A DNA stretch of 64,000 nucleotides, taken from positions 16,012 through 80,011 of the IMG/VR virus record IMGVR_UViG_3300001765_000035; one strand, 5' to 3'. Of this stretch, positions 38,516 to 48,521 are shown piece after piece (the first letter of the stretch is position 1; every line of letters starts with the position of its first letter). The notes below the pieces were generated by a model. It saw only the letters and a list, made by a program, of their open reading frames with translations, ran no database searches and had not been told where the DNA came from. This stretch comes from a virus (lineage: Duplodnaviria; Heunggongvirae; Uroviricota; Caudoviricetes). Made by a program: the position numbers and the translations under genes.

Positions 38516-39397
38516 TTATTTAGCAGTGTTAACGATAACAGGAACTGAAGATGAATCTCCAGAAGTCATAAGAGTTGTTGGTAATGCACCATTCCATTTG
38601 TCAAGTTCTTTTTCTTTTAGTTCAAGTTGTCTAAGTTCTAATAACTTATCAGTAATACCTTCAGCAGTGATTCTGTTGAAGTCTCTGATTCTTTTTGCTT
38701 CCATCATTCTGATGTTGTATTCAGCTTTAGCAAGTTCTTCACGACCACCTGCTTCGGTAAGCTTGATCTGTACTTTTGCTTCTTCTTCTTCAATAGCCAT
38801 ACGCTTTTGTGTTGCTACTTCAATAGATTTTTCTACTACTTTAGGGTACATTACAGAACCAAGAGTAATATCAGAAATTTCAATAGGTAAACCTTTGAGT
38901 CTTTTAGACACTTCTATAAATAGTTCCGTAGTTATACGACCATAGTTCTTAGGCAGCTCATCTACATTGTATTTGGAGATAATATCTCTTGCTGTATTGT
39001 TTACGATTTGTTGTCCGTAGATTGCGTATACTTCATCAGTAGTTACAATATTATCGTTCATAGGAATATCATTAAAGATAGCGTTTAACACGGAATCACT
39101 TCCGTTAATACGGCCTCTGAATACGATGTCTACAGTTACATCAAGTTTTTCTTTACTGAGTTTAACAACAACAGGTTGTGTATACTTACGAGTAGTAGTT
39201 TGTACAAGGTATAATTTTTCAGGTACGGTAGTAAACATTGTTTCTAACCATACTTTCGATGGTGGGTATAATTCAGGTTGAAAACCTTCTTTTCCAGAGA
39301 TTTTCCCTTTGTTACCTGGTGGTACTTGTTCGTAACATCCAGTCATTAAAGTAGCCAAAGCTACGAGCATAAGTAGTTTAAGTAGTACATTTTTCAT
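38516..39397 (-). CDS. SPFH/Band-7 domain lipoprotein
   Basis: Lipoprotein signal MKNVLLKLLMLVALATLMTGC. Body resembles the stomatin/HflKC core (LDVTVDIVFRGRI ... ISDITLGSVMYPKVVEKSIEVATQKRMAIEEEEAKV). C-terminal coiled coil. Confidence 0.6.
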   Translation of the reverse strand: MKNVLLKLLMLVALATLMTGCYEQVPPGNKGKISGKEGFQPELYPPSKVWLETMFTTVPEKLYLVQTTTRKYTQPVVVKLSKEKLDVTVDIVFRGRINGSDSVLNAIFNDIPMNDNIVTTDEVYAIYGQQIVNNTARDIISKYNVDELPKNYGRITTELFIEVSKRLKGLPIEISDITLGSVMYPKVVEKSIEVATQKRMAIEEEEAKVQIKLTEAGGREELAKAEYNIRMMEAKRIRDFNRITAEGITDKLLELRQLELKEKELDKWNGALPTTLMTSGDSSSVPVIVNTAK

Positions 39398-39534
39398 TTT
39401 TTTCCTTTAGGAGTTTGTTTAGAATTTGTGAATATAATCATCATCATAGTTTTTTGTATCATCAGGGAAGTACTTATTGCCTATGTATGCAAGTGTAAGT
39501 ACGCAAAGAATTGCAAATACAGTATGCCATATCA

Positions 39535-39765
39535 TCATACTTCCTTATTGAAACGAAGGTAAAGAGAGTTGATAGTTCTTATACCTACATAAGTAGCTAC
39601 AGCGAACCAAGAGGCTATAGTAGCTACACCTGTAATAATTGTTGCTATAGCAATAAAACCAGGTAAGTCAAATCTTCCTTTATCATCTTTGTTATCATGA
39701 TAATAGGCTATGATATGAAATACTACAATAATAAAGGCTATAACAGTGCCTAATGTATACATCAT
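39535..39765 (-). CDS. small membrane protein (76 aa, 2 TM)
   Basis: Hydrophobic helices; overlapping stop/start with next gene. Confidence 0.5.
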   Translation of the reverse strand: MMYTLGTVIAFIIVVFHIIAYYHDNKDDKGRFDLPGFIAIATIITGVATIASWFAVATYVGIRTINSLYLRFNKEV

Positions 39766-40076
39766 GGTAAATCCTTTTCTTTTATTCCGAGATTTAATTT
39801 TCTCTTACTGTATGACTCATCTATTATACGTGGAGGAAGTTCTTTAGTAGCATTAATGCAAGCATTTGTTTGTGTCTGTAGCTTTCTTGAATCAGCATTT
39901 GTTAGCTTGATAGGAGAAATTACTACTAGGATTAAACTGATAAAAAACATCGCTATCCAGTATTTTGCTTTAAATCCTGATTCAACCATTTTATATGTTG
40001 AAAATAAAAGTGCTATAAGCACGAGCAGTTTGAGAATCCAAAACCATTGAATCATTATATCCATAATTATCTCCAT
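39762..40076 (-). CDS. small membrane protein (104 aa, 2 TM)
   Basis: Hydrophobic helices. Confidence 0.5.
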   Translation of the reverse strand: MEIIMDIMIQWFWILKLLVLIALLFSTYKMVESGFKAKYWIAMFFISLILVVISPIKLTNADSRKLQTQTNACINATKELPPRIIDESYSKRKLNLGIKEKDLP

Positions 40077-40166
40077 ACTTCTTCGATAAGACTTTCATCT
40101 TGCTTACATGTCTGTACTATGCCGTTGTTGTGGATAAATCCCTTTTTCATCTGTATTACCTTTTTT

Positions 40167-41681
40167 TTATTTTTCGATTAATTTGATATTTCTACGCACA
40201 TCTTCAATGGAATTACCTTTAACGATTTCCCCAATGAATTGTGCATCTCTTGTTATCTTCTTTGATAGTTGTTGAGACTTATCAGATACCATTGCTACGA
40301 ATTTTTCTCCACGTACAGCTTGTTGCGCTAAGTAGTCCATAGTATGTGTATCTTTAATCTGCATATCAAGAAGGTTTTCTATTACGGTGTGTGTTTGTTC
40401 TGACGTAGTTTTAGCAACACCAGATACGAGTTCTGCGATTTCTTGGAACATATGCTGATAATCATCTACATTTGATAGTAGTGAACCAATAGCCATTTCG
40501 TCGATAAGATCGGTTTTCATTGCAGGCAGTTCTTTACCTAATGCGATGATCGTAGTTTGTGTTGCCATAATAGCACTATCAATCTTCACAAGGCGTTGTT
40601 TGTATTTTTCTACAGATGCTTTGATCTGTGTATTAAGTTGGATATCCTTCATAGGAGTATCGAGCAGTGATGTGTACTTACTAAGTTCTTCATCAGAAGC
40701 TGTTACCAGTTCTTCAAGAGCTTGTACTTGAGCTATTAGTAAGGCTTTTGTTTTTTGTAAAGATTCACCTGTAACTACAAGTTTTTCATACTTAGAATAG
40801 ATGATACCGAACAGATGATTGATGTTGTTTTGAATGCTGTCATTCTCTGTGCGTATATCTTTAGTAGTTTTAATCATTTTTTGTATCATCTTGTTTCCGG
40901 AAAAGTATTTACCGAAGAAGCCTGATACACTTTCAGGTACTGAAGATGTAAGTTTTTCAATCTCAGCTTTAGCTTTAAGGAAAGATTCTACGATTTCTTT
41001 GTTATCTCCTAAAGCAGTATTTTTGTTGATTGATTGAGTAAGTTCTGATACTTTACCTACAATAGAAATAAATTTCTCCTGTACAGTATTACCTTCGATG
41101 TTAAAGTCGATAGTTTCTTCTTCAATGTGTCTAAATTCTGGTCGTACTTGTTTACCTGTTTCGGTGAAAGCTTCTCTACGTGCTGTTTCTTCTTCTGTTT
41201 CATGAGTACCTCTATAAAGTTCGTCATACAATTTAAACAAAGTTTTAAGAATTTCCGGAGTACGTTCTGTAATATCTTGAATAGATTTAACAGTAGTATC
41301 TGCTTTTATGATAGGCTGATCTTTTTTATAGAGTATTGCTCTAACTTTGTTATCGCTATTACTACCAATTGTAAGTGTTTTATTATAGCTATTTACACTA
41401 AATACTTGAGCAGTAAACTCTTCACCTTTATACTGGAGGATCGCTAAATTAGCGGAGCTTAACGTACCAGGATTATCAAATTGTTGATCTCCTATACGAT
41501 ACTTATAACCATTATTTCCTGGGATATAAAAACCAGTAGATGTTGGGTAGTGTGAATATTTGTTAATCATCATAAATGTACCTAATGATGGTTGTTCGAT
41601 ATGTACACCTTTTTCAATACTAAACATAGTTTTCCTTTTATTTGATAAGTTGTGAGGCAAGTTCAGGGAGTCTACCTTCAT
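40167..41681 (-). CDS. long coiled-coil protein (504 aa)
   Basis: Extended helical/heptad-rich sequence; no catalytic motif. Confidence 0.55.
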   Translation of the reverse strand: MKVDSLNLPHNLSNKRKTMFSIEKGVHIEQPSLGTFMMINKYSHYPTSTGFYIPGNNGYKYRIGDQQFDNPGTLSSANLAILQYKGEEFTAQVFSVNSYNKTLTIGSNSDNKVRAILYKKDQPIIKADTTVKSIQDITERTPEILKTLFKLYDELYRGTHETEEETARREAFTETGKQVRPEFRHIEEETIDFNIEGNTVQEKFISIVGKVSELTQSINKNTALGDNKEIVESFLKAKAEIEKLTSSVPESVSGFFGKYFSGNKMIQKMIKTTKDIRTENDSIQNNINHLFGIIYSKYEKLVVTGESLQKTKALLIAQVQALEELVTASDEELSKYTSLLDTPMKDIQLNTQIKASVEKYKQRLVKIDSAIMATQTTIIALGKELPAMKTDLIDEMAIGSLLSNVDDYQHMFQEIAELVSGVAKTTSEQTHTVIENLLDMQIKDTHTMDYLAQQAVRGEKFVAMVSDKSQQLSKKITRDAQFIGEIVKGNSIEDVRRNIKLIEK

Positions 41682-42153
41682 TTAAAGCAGCACGTATAGT
41701 TATAGCAGTATGCTCTGACATATATATAGTACCTATAGTTCTAGTAGTTACATTACAGTTAGCTATAAACTTAGATGTAACTACATCATAGCCGATATAC
41801 CATTTAGTTGTAGAATTAGGTCGTACCCAATTAAGATTATAATCAGGCTCTAACCAATCAACAAGTTCTTGTAGTTTATTACTTTGGATAATACGGACTA
41901 CGTTTTGTGCAACAAGTTCAGATGTTTTTCTTACTACACCAAACTCAATAATGTTTTTTAACCATGTAGGAGGACAACTAGGTATGTTCTGGATTTTATA
42001 ATCTTGAATACTTGATTGAGAAGTAGCATAATATATAGAACCGGTATAGATAATTTCTAAAGGATTTACCGTAGCATCGGTAATTACTTTTATCTGTTCT
42101 GCTGTAAGTTCTATCTCAACGTCTTTACCGTTGATGTTTATCGTAGTTTTCAT
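41638..42153 (-). CDS. hypothetical protein, paralog of 48773..49237
   Basis: N-terminal MKTTININGKDVEIELTAEQIKVI vs MKITVEINGIDTEITLTAEQIAKI in the paralog. Confidence 0.55.
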   Translation of the reverse strand: MKTTININGKDVEIELTAEQIKVITDATVNPLEIIYTGSIYYATSQSSIQDYKIQNIPSCPPTWLKNIIEFGVVRKTSELVAQNVVRIIQSNKLQELVDWLEPDYNLNWVRPNSTTKWYIGYDVVTSKFIANCNVTTRTIGTIYMSEHTAITIRAALNEGRLPELASQLIK

Positions 42154-42458
42154 TTTCGAATATCCTTTAGTATTGTTTTAAAAATTGATAGTTCTACTTG
42201 TTTTATAACAAGAGTAGCATTAGGTGTATGAAGAGATAGTAGTATAAATAATGTAGTTAATAAAATTCCTGTATTTAATAAAGGTTTTTAGAGGACTTAC
42301 ACCTCCGGGAAATTATAGTCTTATCAGACAACCTTAAACCAGGACGTATCGTAGATTTAACTACTGCTTTTTATATACCGCTATTCAACGTTTTCTGTCA
42401 TTGCGGTGATGATCCGTACACGTATGATAGTGTACTGTAGCTTAATTTAATATAAATT

Positions 42459-42701
42459 TCAGCACTCTTTGATACTGTGTTGTACCCATCTTTTAAAAGA
42501 TATTACACCTACAGATGCAGTTACCGCATAACCTATAAAAGCTGTTAGAGTCAGTAAAAAACTTGGATGAGCTTCAAGTATGTATGCCATTATTACTGCA
42601 CAGGTAACTATAATTATAGTCATAATCCCGAAAGCACTTAATAAGTATCCTATAGCTTGTAGTTCTACTTTTGCATGATTTGTTAAACAGTACTTTTTCA
42701 T
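42459..42701 (-). CDS. small membrane protein (80 aa)
   Basis: Hydrophobic helices. Confidence 0.45.
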   Translation of the reverse strand: MKKYCLTNHAKVELQAIGYLLSAFGIMTIIIVTCAVIMAYILEAHPSFLLTLTAFIGYAVTASVGVISFKRWVQHSIKEC

Positions 42702-42811
42702 TTTGTTTTTTCCTTTATCTGTTGAAATTCTCCGGTAGTAATATTATACTCCGCACATTAAGGTACTAAGGTAACTATTAATAAAAATATTAAAGCTCCC
42801 ATAATAATTCT

Positions 42812-43255
42812 TTAGTGAGATTTAAGATCATAGGTATTAGCAGGATTTTCTTCATAAACTTCCCAATGATCCCAACCAGTATACAATGTAGTAGACCAAG
42901 AAGTAGCTCCTAGATCGAAACAGTAACATTTACCATCTTTAAAGTGTGAGAAATGACGTTTATGCTTTGCATCATCCACCCATACGGTCATTTTAGCATC
43001 TACGGGTAGTTCTGGTACAGGTTTATTTGGGTAATCGATTATAATTGCATCCCAAAATAAAGAGGGTAATTGATCATTATCAAATCTATACCCTTCTTTA
43101 GTGTAAATAGTAGTGTTTCCATAGTCATCTACCATTTTTATTGGATAAGGAACTTCAGGATCTATTTTTTTAACAGTACCCCAACCTTCGGTTAGGTGTA
43201 TACCCCAAAGTCTGTCTCCAACTTTAATGTCAGTTAAATCATTCTTTTTCATCAT
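42812..43255 (-). CDS. hypothetical protein (~147 aa; start moved to MMKKNDL)
   Basis: The listed 42812..43417 ORF runs through a poly-K stretch that is the other-frame shadow of the acidic tail of 43239..43463. AAAGGA SD precedes the ATGATG at 43250-43255. Confidence 0.5.
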   Translation of the reverse strand: MMKKNDLTDIKVGDRLWGIHLTEGWGTVKKIDPEVPYPIKMVDDYGNTTIYTKEGYRFDNDQLPSLFWDAIIIDYPNKPVPELPVDAKMTVWVDDAKHKRHFSHFKDGKCYCFDLGATSWSTTLYTGWDHWEVYEENPANTYDLKSH

Positions 43256-43463
43256 CAATCCTTTCTTCTTCTTTTTCTTCTTCTTTATAACTAACTGCCG
43301 GATAATTAGTATAGCTATGTTCTTTATGTCCACACTTGTCACACTCATACTCATACTGAGGAGGATAACTGCATAGCATACGTGAGGATCTTTCCATTTC
43401 AGTATTACAGTGATCACAAAATAATCTTGTAATGATTGTACGTACCGGTATTTTCTTTTTCAT
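43239..43463 (-). CDS. zinc-ribbon protein with acidic C-terminal tail (74 aa)
   Basis: CDHC ... CDKC paired CxxC motifs; EEEKEEERIDDEKE tail. Confidence 0.5.
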   Translation of the reverse strand: MKKKIPVRTIITRLFCDHCNTEMERSSRMLCSYPPQYEYECDKCGHKEHSYTNYPAVSYKEEEKEEERIDDEKE

Positions 43464-43649
43464 TATGTTTCCTTTATAGTAAGTTTTTATTTTTCTTTAT
43501 TTTTAGTAGATGAATATGAATATTACGTATACTATCAGCTAACTTTTGTTTATATAGTTCGCCAATATACACTTTAGGTGTTAACGTTTCTGCAATTTTT
43601 ATAACTTGATCTACCCTTTCTTGGGAAGTAAGTTTTAGTAACTGTATCA

Positions 43650-44138
43650 TTAACAGTTTCTAGACGCTTGTTGTAGTTGTTCTAGCGTAATGATGTTATC
43701 TTTGTACAGTTTTAAAATAGAACAATCAATATCGCTCATATACTCAAGTTGTAGTTCTTTTTTTATCATATACATAATAACTTTTTTTTGGTAGTAAGAA
43801 CTTTCTAACCATTTTGTCCACTCTTGTTTTGGTACTTTTATATTAACATATATATTACTGTTTTGACCATAGGTTGTTGTTACACCAGTAACGGTATATA
43901 TGTAACTAGTATCTTCTTGTAGCTTTTTAGTCACTCTTACATTTAAGGTTTCAACATCTTTTAAAGTTTTTAATTCAAAACTATACGCATTATTGCTTCT
44001 TTCAAAAAGTAAAGATTTTTCAAAAGAATTAGGTACATTTTCTATATAAGCTTTAGCTTTACTTTGCATACTTAGTACATAATCGTCCAAGACTTTTGTA
44101 TATTTTTTAACAAGTTCTTCATATTTTAGATTAGCCAT
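43650..44138 (-). CDS. hypothetical protein
   Basis: ORF. Confidence 0.5.
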   Translation of the reverse strand: MANLKYEELVKKYTKVLDDYVLSMQSKAKAYIENVPNSFEKSLLFERSNNAYSFELKTLKDVETLNVRVTKKLQEDTSYIYTVTGVTTTYGQNSNIYVNIKVPKQEWTKWLESSYYQKKVIMYMIKKELQLEYMSDIDCSILKLYKDNIITLEQLQQASRNC

Positions 44139-44233
44139 TTAAACACTCCTATTAGAATAAGTTGAAGTAGTATTACTACTATAAGCACTTTTACGATTGT
44201 TTTATTGTTGGGTTTTGGTGTATCAAGCATTTA

Positions 44234-44422
44234 TCAACTCCTTTTTTTACTATTTTCGCTTCTATCTTTTCTTAAAAAATGAAAAGGTAATTGTTTATAC
44301 CAATATACAAGGTAGATTAATACTAAACTACATCCTACAATAACGTATAGATGAGGTACCAAACTAACTAAAAGCATAAAAGCAAGAAGTATTGCTCCTG
44401 CTTTATATACATATTTATTCAT
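44234..44422 (-). CDS. small membrane protein (62 aa)
   Basis: Hydrophobic helix, basic C-terminus. Confidence 0.4.
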   Translation of the reverse strand: MNKYVYKAGAILLAFMLLVSLVPHLYVIVGCSLVLIYLVYWYKQLPFHFLRKDRSENSKKRS

Positions 44423-44492
44423 CTACTCTCCTTTTAATGTTCTATCCTTTTGTGAGAAAAAAAAATAATAGCAACAGCATAAGCTGTTACCA

Positions 44493-44867
44493 TTACATTT
44501 TGAAGTCTTTGATTAGTGTTTTTACATCGGGATAGTCTCTATACGTTTTTTTACCTGCTTGAAAGTATCTACAGTAGTAAAAACATCCAGAGTTTTGTCC
44601 TTCCCTACGCATATCAAGAGGACACTTATGTTGTTTTTGTTTATAAACACCTGATGCAATTTCTTCTATACTTTCATCACATAACCCATGATTACATTCT
44701 GTAGATTTATTGCCCGATGAAGTGTTATCATAGCCTATTACTTTAACAGAAGTATTTGCTATAGCCTTTAATTTAGCTATAGCATCTACATAATCAGTAT
44801 CAGTCCAGTATAATGGTTTTCTGTTCTCGTTCATTTGCTTGTCCTTATTTAAGAGCCATACGGCCAC
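44493..44867 (-). CDS. hypothetical Cys-containing protein (124 aa)
   Basis: ORF. Confidence 0.5.
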   Translation of the reverse strand: MAVWLLNKDKQMNENRKPLYWTDTDYVDAIAKLKAIANTSVKVIGYDNTSSGNKSTECNHGLCDESIEEIASGVYKQKQHKCPLDMRREGQNSGCFYYCRYFQAGKKTYRDYPDVKTLIKDFKM

Positions 44868-45990
44868 ACTTGAATTCTGAATTGATCGGATGTACCATTG
44901 CTGTTACGTCTGACCATTTAGACTGAGCCTCTGCCCCTATGCCTATTGATAGGAAGTAGTTTGCTAGAATCTCTTTACGATTTGTATGAATGTTTGTTAA
45001 CTCTTCAGCATACCAATACCTTACGTCTTTTGCTGCTTCTGGATTGACTATGAATGCATCATGCAAGTCCATACCCCAACCATATTTTTCCATTACTTTA
45101 GCGATTACTTTATCAGCTACCTGTGAATCTAAGTTATGAATTATCAGTGTTACAAAGTAACGTCTGAACTGTTCTAAGTCCGGTATACGCTTAGTATCTG
45201 TATGATGTATACGCTTTACGCAATCTGTTTCTGTATCGTAGATATCGTAGTACTTTGTAGTTTCACCAATGTTACGAAATCTATTACACTCAATAGTAAA
45301 CTCTTCATCAAAGATACGTATGAGCATCTCTTCAGTAGGTTTTACATTGTTAATGATAAATTCTTTAAACTGATTAGCTAGGCCAAGAGCACCGTTAGTA
45401 AGTTCAGTATTGAATAGTCTTACTTCTTCTAATGTATACTTGATATTGTTACTCTGCCATAACTCATGACAAGCCTTGCTTGAACCGTATAGCATTGGTG
45501 TTGCTGCTTTCTTGAATTGATTACGGTTAATCCCTTCAAAGTTCCAAGGATCTGATAGTGTATCTCCAATAACATTAGTCATTCCACAAAGTCTTTCGTC
45601 ATTGAGTAGAATGCCTATGTACTGTAGCATCGATGCACTAGCATCTAATTCTATAGGTACTGTCCAATAGAAATCCGTAGCTGGAGTAGACATAAGCCAT
45701 TCCATATCACGTTTACCTGAAACTACCCATTTCTTCTTAAGGCTACCGGTTACACCACTTAGCTGAAAGAATTGATCTAGTTCATTATAAAGACGCTCTA
45801 ACCAGATGTTCTCATGTAGCTCTTTACGATCTTCTTCATTACCTAAGTCTAACTCATGTTGAGAGTTTGTTACATAGCAATGTTGACCGAACTCTATTTT
45901 GTCTGTAACTGTTCCTTCTTTGAAACCGTTAAGTTCTGCTATAAATAGAAATACTGCTTCTGCACCGTCTTTTGTTGCTATGTGTCTCAT
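44845..45990 (-). CDS. hypothetical protein (381 aa)
   Basis: ORF. Confidence 0.55.
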   Translation of the reverse strand: MRHIATKDGAEAVFLFIAELNGFKEGTVTDKIEFGQHCYVTNSQHELDLGNEEDRKELHENIWLERLYNELDQFFQLSGVTGSLKKKWVVSGKRDMEWLMSTPATDFYWTVPIELDASASMLQYIGILLNDERLCGMTNVIGDTLSDPWNFEGINRNQFKKAATPMLYGSSKACHELWQSNNIKYTLEEVRLFNTELTNGALGLANQFKEFIINNVKPTEEMLIRIFDEEFTIECNRFRNIGETTKYYDIYDTETDCVKRIHHTDTKRIPDLEQFRRYFVTLIIHNLDSQVADKVIAKVMEKYGWGMDLHDAFIVNPEAAKDVRYWYAEELTNIHTNRKEILANYFLSIGIGAEAQSKWSDVTAMVHPINSEFKCGRMALK

Positions 45991-45999
45991 TTGTTCCCT

Positions 46000-46164
46000 T
46001 TAGGTAGTTTTCTTTTTTCGTGTCATTGCTTGAGCAAATCCCCACTTTGTTACGGCATATCCTGCTGATATACCACCTTGTAGTTTCCAACCTTCAGATA
46101 AAAGCTTATTTACTTTCGTTTCTAAAGCCTTTATCTTTGAATCTGCTAGTATTACATATTCCAC
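46000..46164 (-). CDS. small protein (54 aa, GTG start)
   Basis: Hand-translated VEYVILADSKIKALETKVNKLLSEGWKLQGGISAGYAVTKWGFAQAMTRKKKTT; AAAGGA SD. Confidence 0.3.
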   Translation of the reverse strand: MEYVILADSKIKALETKVNKLLSEGWKLQGGISAGYAVTKWGFAQAMTRKKKTT

Positions 46165-46167
46165 ACG

Positions 46168-46929
46168 TTATCCTTTAGGTATTATGAGCAATGCTCTAAA
46201 GTCCTTATCGGACAATGGGTTAGCAACTTTTCCTAGCACAGAACTGATAGCTCTTCCTCTGCTATCGCAGTAGTTGTCTCCTCTGGAGTATACTTCGTCA
46301 GTTTCCATCATATATTCGAGAATCTCTATATTGATAGTATCGTAACTAGCCAAATCTGATCTCATTTCTGGATAGATCTTAGCAAGTTTATCCATAGACT
46401 TTGTAAGGTTCTTAGCTATAGGATCAAAGTATTCCTCTATCTTAAGAGTATCGTACATAAACCGAGTATTACCGGCAGCCATAAAGCCTAAACGCTTAAT
46501 GCCGGTCTCTTTGATACGTCCATTAACCCTAACTTTAGTAGATAGCGTAGACTCTTCTATTTTAGGTACATATTGTGTAAATTTATGGTATGCACGTACC
46601 CTTTGTAGTTCTTTCTCAGTTACAAACTCAAGTAGTTTTCTTTCGTTGATAGCAATCTCCGACCAGTTCCTAGACGGAATGCTATGACTTGTTACCCAAT
46701 CGCCTTTACTAAGCGACATTATCACCAAGTTAAATACTTTTGGGTTGTTGAACTTATCTGCCCAGTAAGGTCCGTTAATAGAGCTTTTGTTTCGTAGGTA
46801 CTGATACCATAGAGCTTTAACCAAGTCATCGGCTAATTTAGCATAGTCACTGCCTATAGCAGTAACGAATTTCTTATATCCAGGTAGTTCAAACCTACCA
46901 CTGAGTAATTGATCTCTTACTATGTCCAT
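46168..46929 (-). CDS. hypothetical protein (253 aa)
   Basis: ORF. Confidence 0.55.
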   Translation of the reverse strand: MDIVRDQLLSGRFELPGYKKFVTAIGSDYAKLADDLVKALWYQYLRNKSSINGPYWADKFNNPKVFNLVIMSLSKGDWVTSHSIPSRNWSEIAINERKLLEFVTEKELQRVRAYHKFTQYVPKIEESTLSTKVRVNGRIKETGIKRLGFMAAGNTRFMYDTLKIEEYFDPIAKNLTKSMDKLAKIYPEMRSDLASYDTINIEILEYMMETDEVYSRGDNYCDSRGRAISSVLGKVANPLSDKDFRALLIIPKG

Positions 46930-46961
46930 TTATATCTCCGATGATGTAGTTTATGTTGTTG

Positions 46962-47624
46962 TTAGATGCTGATTGTTTGTCCGTGTAGTTCTCTTGTAGC
47001 CAAGTCTTCTTCGTAGTCACGTTCAGCACGTAGTCTTGCAGTCTCAAATCTGTGAGCCAATACACTGTCACTTACTCTGTGCAGTTCCAATCTAATGTCC
47101 AATACATCTTGAATGATATCCAAGCACCCACGTAGTTCTTGTGTGTTGTACGGTACTTCATCTACAACTGTAACATAGTTTCTGCTGTAGTATGATGTAT
47201 TACCAAGTGCAGCCAATGTATTCTCGATTAGCACATCTGATAATCCTGTAATGGCAAGCATTTGTTCTTTATGCTGAGCAGCTGAGTACTGAATACCTGA
47301 TAGCAATCCTGTAAGTATGTCCATTTGTGGTCCCATTCCATACTGTCTAGACGGATTCCACTTACGGCTTTCTCTTGTCTTAGCACTGTGAATAGGCATA
47401 TCAGATACGATAGCTTCACATTGCATATCCAACTCTTTAAGCTTAGTCATAGTATCTTCTTGTAGCTGCAATCTTACTTTGTTGTTAATGAAAGCATCAT
47501 TACCAAGCATGTTAATCTTTGCATCAATAATAGCGATCTCTGCTCTTTCTCTTTGTACTTTTACAGCTTCTGCAATTTTAGTTTGTAGCAATGCTCTTTT
47601 TTCTTCGATTGTAGCGTTTTTCAT
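46962..47624 (-). CDS. hypothetical coiled-coil protein (220 aa)
   Basis: ORF; internal opposite-frame ORFs rejected. Confidence 0.55.
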   Translation of the reverse strand: MKNATIEEKRALLQTKIAEAVKVQRERAEIAIIDAKINMLGNDAFINNKVRLQLQEDTMTKLKELDMQCEAIVSDMPIHSAKTRESRKWNPSRQYGMGPQMDILTGLLSGIQYSAAQHKEQMLAITGLSDVLIENTLAALGNTSYYSRNYVTVVDEVPYNTQELRGCLDIIQDVLDIRLELHRVSDSVLAHRFETARLRAERDYEEDLATRELHGQTISI

Positions 47625-47637
47625 ATGTATCCCTCTT

Positions 47638-47680
47638 GTAGTTTATTTTTATAGTTTATTTTTATAGTTTATTTGATTAG
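47638..47680. repeat. 13-bp tandem repeat (atagtttattttt) x3, third copy degenerate
   Basis: Read directly: gtagtttattttt atagtttattttt atagtttatttgatt. Lies just 5' of the 46962..47624 start. Confidence 0.6.
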
Positions 47681-47722
47681 CCTTTCGGCAACATTAACCC
47701 ATATCCTTGTAGTACCCTATAC

Positions 47723-47944
47723 CTACTCCTTTGTTAAAGTAGTTATACGTTCTACTTTATTGTCATATTTAAGTAATACATAGTTAAAGTATTTACTCAT
47801 TACCTTACCGTAGGTTACGGCATGGTCTCTTGTTTTAAACTCGATGGTTTTTCTTTCCGGGACGAATTTTCCGTCCAACACAGTTACCTTATAAGGATTT
47901 CTTCCTAGACCAAACAGATCCAATACTCTTTCAAAAGCTCTCAT
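47723..47944 (-). CDS. hypothetical protein (73 aa)
   Basis: ORF. Confidence 0.45.
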   Translation of the reverse strand: MRAFERVLDLFGLGRNPYKVTVLDGKFVPERKTIEFKTRDHAVTYGKVMSKYFNYVLLKYDNKVERITTLTKE

Positions 47945-48152
47945 TTTCTAACCTTTCAAGTAATGTAATTATATTGTCTACAGTATTGACTTCCACTACA
48001 GTAGATTCACCTATTAATATAGCGAATCGTTTAGTCTCGGTATTTATACCAATACGAAGTGATATGTCAATATTATAAACTAGTTCAGCTATCTCATCCT
48101 GACGTTCTTTTATTTCGCCTATCATCATTAAGAGCTTTACAGAGTAGTCCAT
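47931..48152 (-). CDS. hypothetical protein (73 aa)
   Basis: ORF. Confidence 0.45.
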   Translation of the reverse strand: MDYSVKLLMMIGEIKERQDEIAELVYNIDISLRIGINTETKRFAILIGESTVVEVNTVDNIITLLERLENESF

Positions 48153-48166
48153 GGTAATTCCTTTCT

Positions 48167-48376
48167 TTAGTTACATGTTGCAGGTATAGCACTACGTACA
48201 ACAGGAGTAGTCTCATACATTTGGACAAGTTGAGTACTATCCTTACCATAGGTCCATAAGTACTGGTATCCATTGATACACAATACAATAAACCCATAGT
48301 CTTTATTTACTTCTACGACTTTAGTAGTTGCAAATGCTCCAATCGTTAACATTATCAGTAACACTAGTTTTTTCAT
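48167..48376 (-). CDS. small secreted protein (69 aa, signal peptide)
   Basis: MKKLVLLIMLTIGAFA signal; strong SD AGGATGAGGA. Confidence 0.55.
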   Translation of the reverse strand: MKKLVLLIMLTIGAFATTKVVEVNKDYGFIVLCINGYQYLWTYGKDSTQLVQMYETTPVVRSAIPATCN

Positions 48377-48510
48377 TCCTCATCCTTATGAGTAGGTATT
48401 TGCATAATAAATATAGCATCGCAGTAAGTGCAGACGCAAATAGCTCCAGTTTCTGAATCTTCAATATAACCTTCATCATCACAGAATAGGCATTCAGGTG
48501 TATCGTACAT
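48373..48510 (-). CDS. small Cys-rich protein (45 aa)
   Basis: Hand-translated MYDTPECLFCDDEGYIEDSETGAICVCTYCDAIFIMQIPTHKDEE. ATGA overlap with the next gene. Replaces wrong-frame listed ORF 48321..48515. Confidence 0.45.
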   Translation of the reverse strand: MYDTPECLFCDDEGYIEDSETGAICVCTYCDAIFIMQIPTHKDEE

Positions 48511-48521
48511 GTCAATTACCT

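Noticed and set aside
42812-43417. Full-length 201-aa ORF with a K8 run
   Set aside because: The poly-K stretch is the alternative-frame reading of the GAA/GAG-rich acidic tail of 43239..43463. The real start is most likely the ATGATG at 43250..43255, preceded by AAAGGA.
48094-48515. Listed ORFs 48094..48297 and 48321..48515
   Set aside because: Both are in the wrong frames relative to the well-supported secreted-protein gene 48167..48376 and the hand-found Cys-rich ORF 48373..48510. Neither has an SD.
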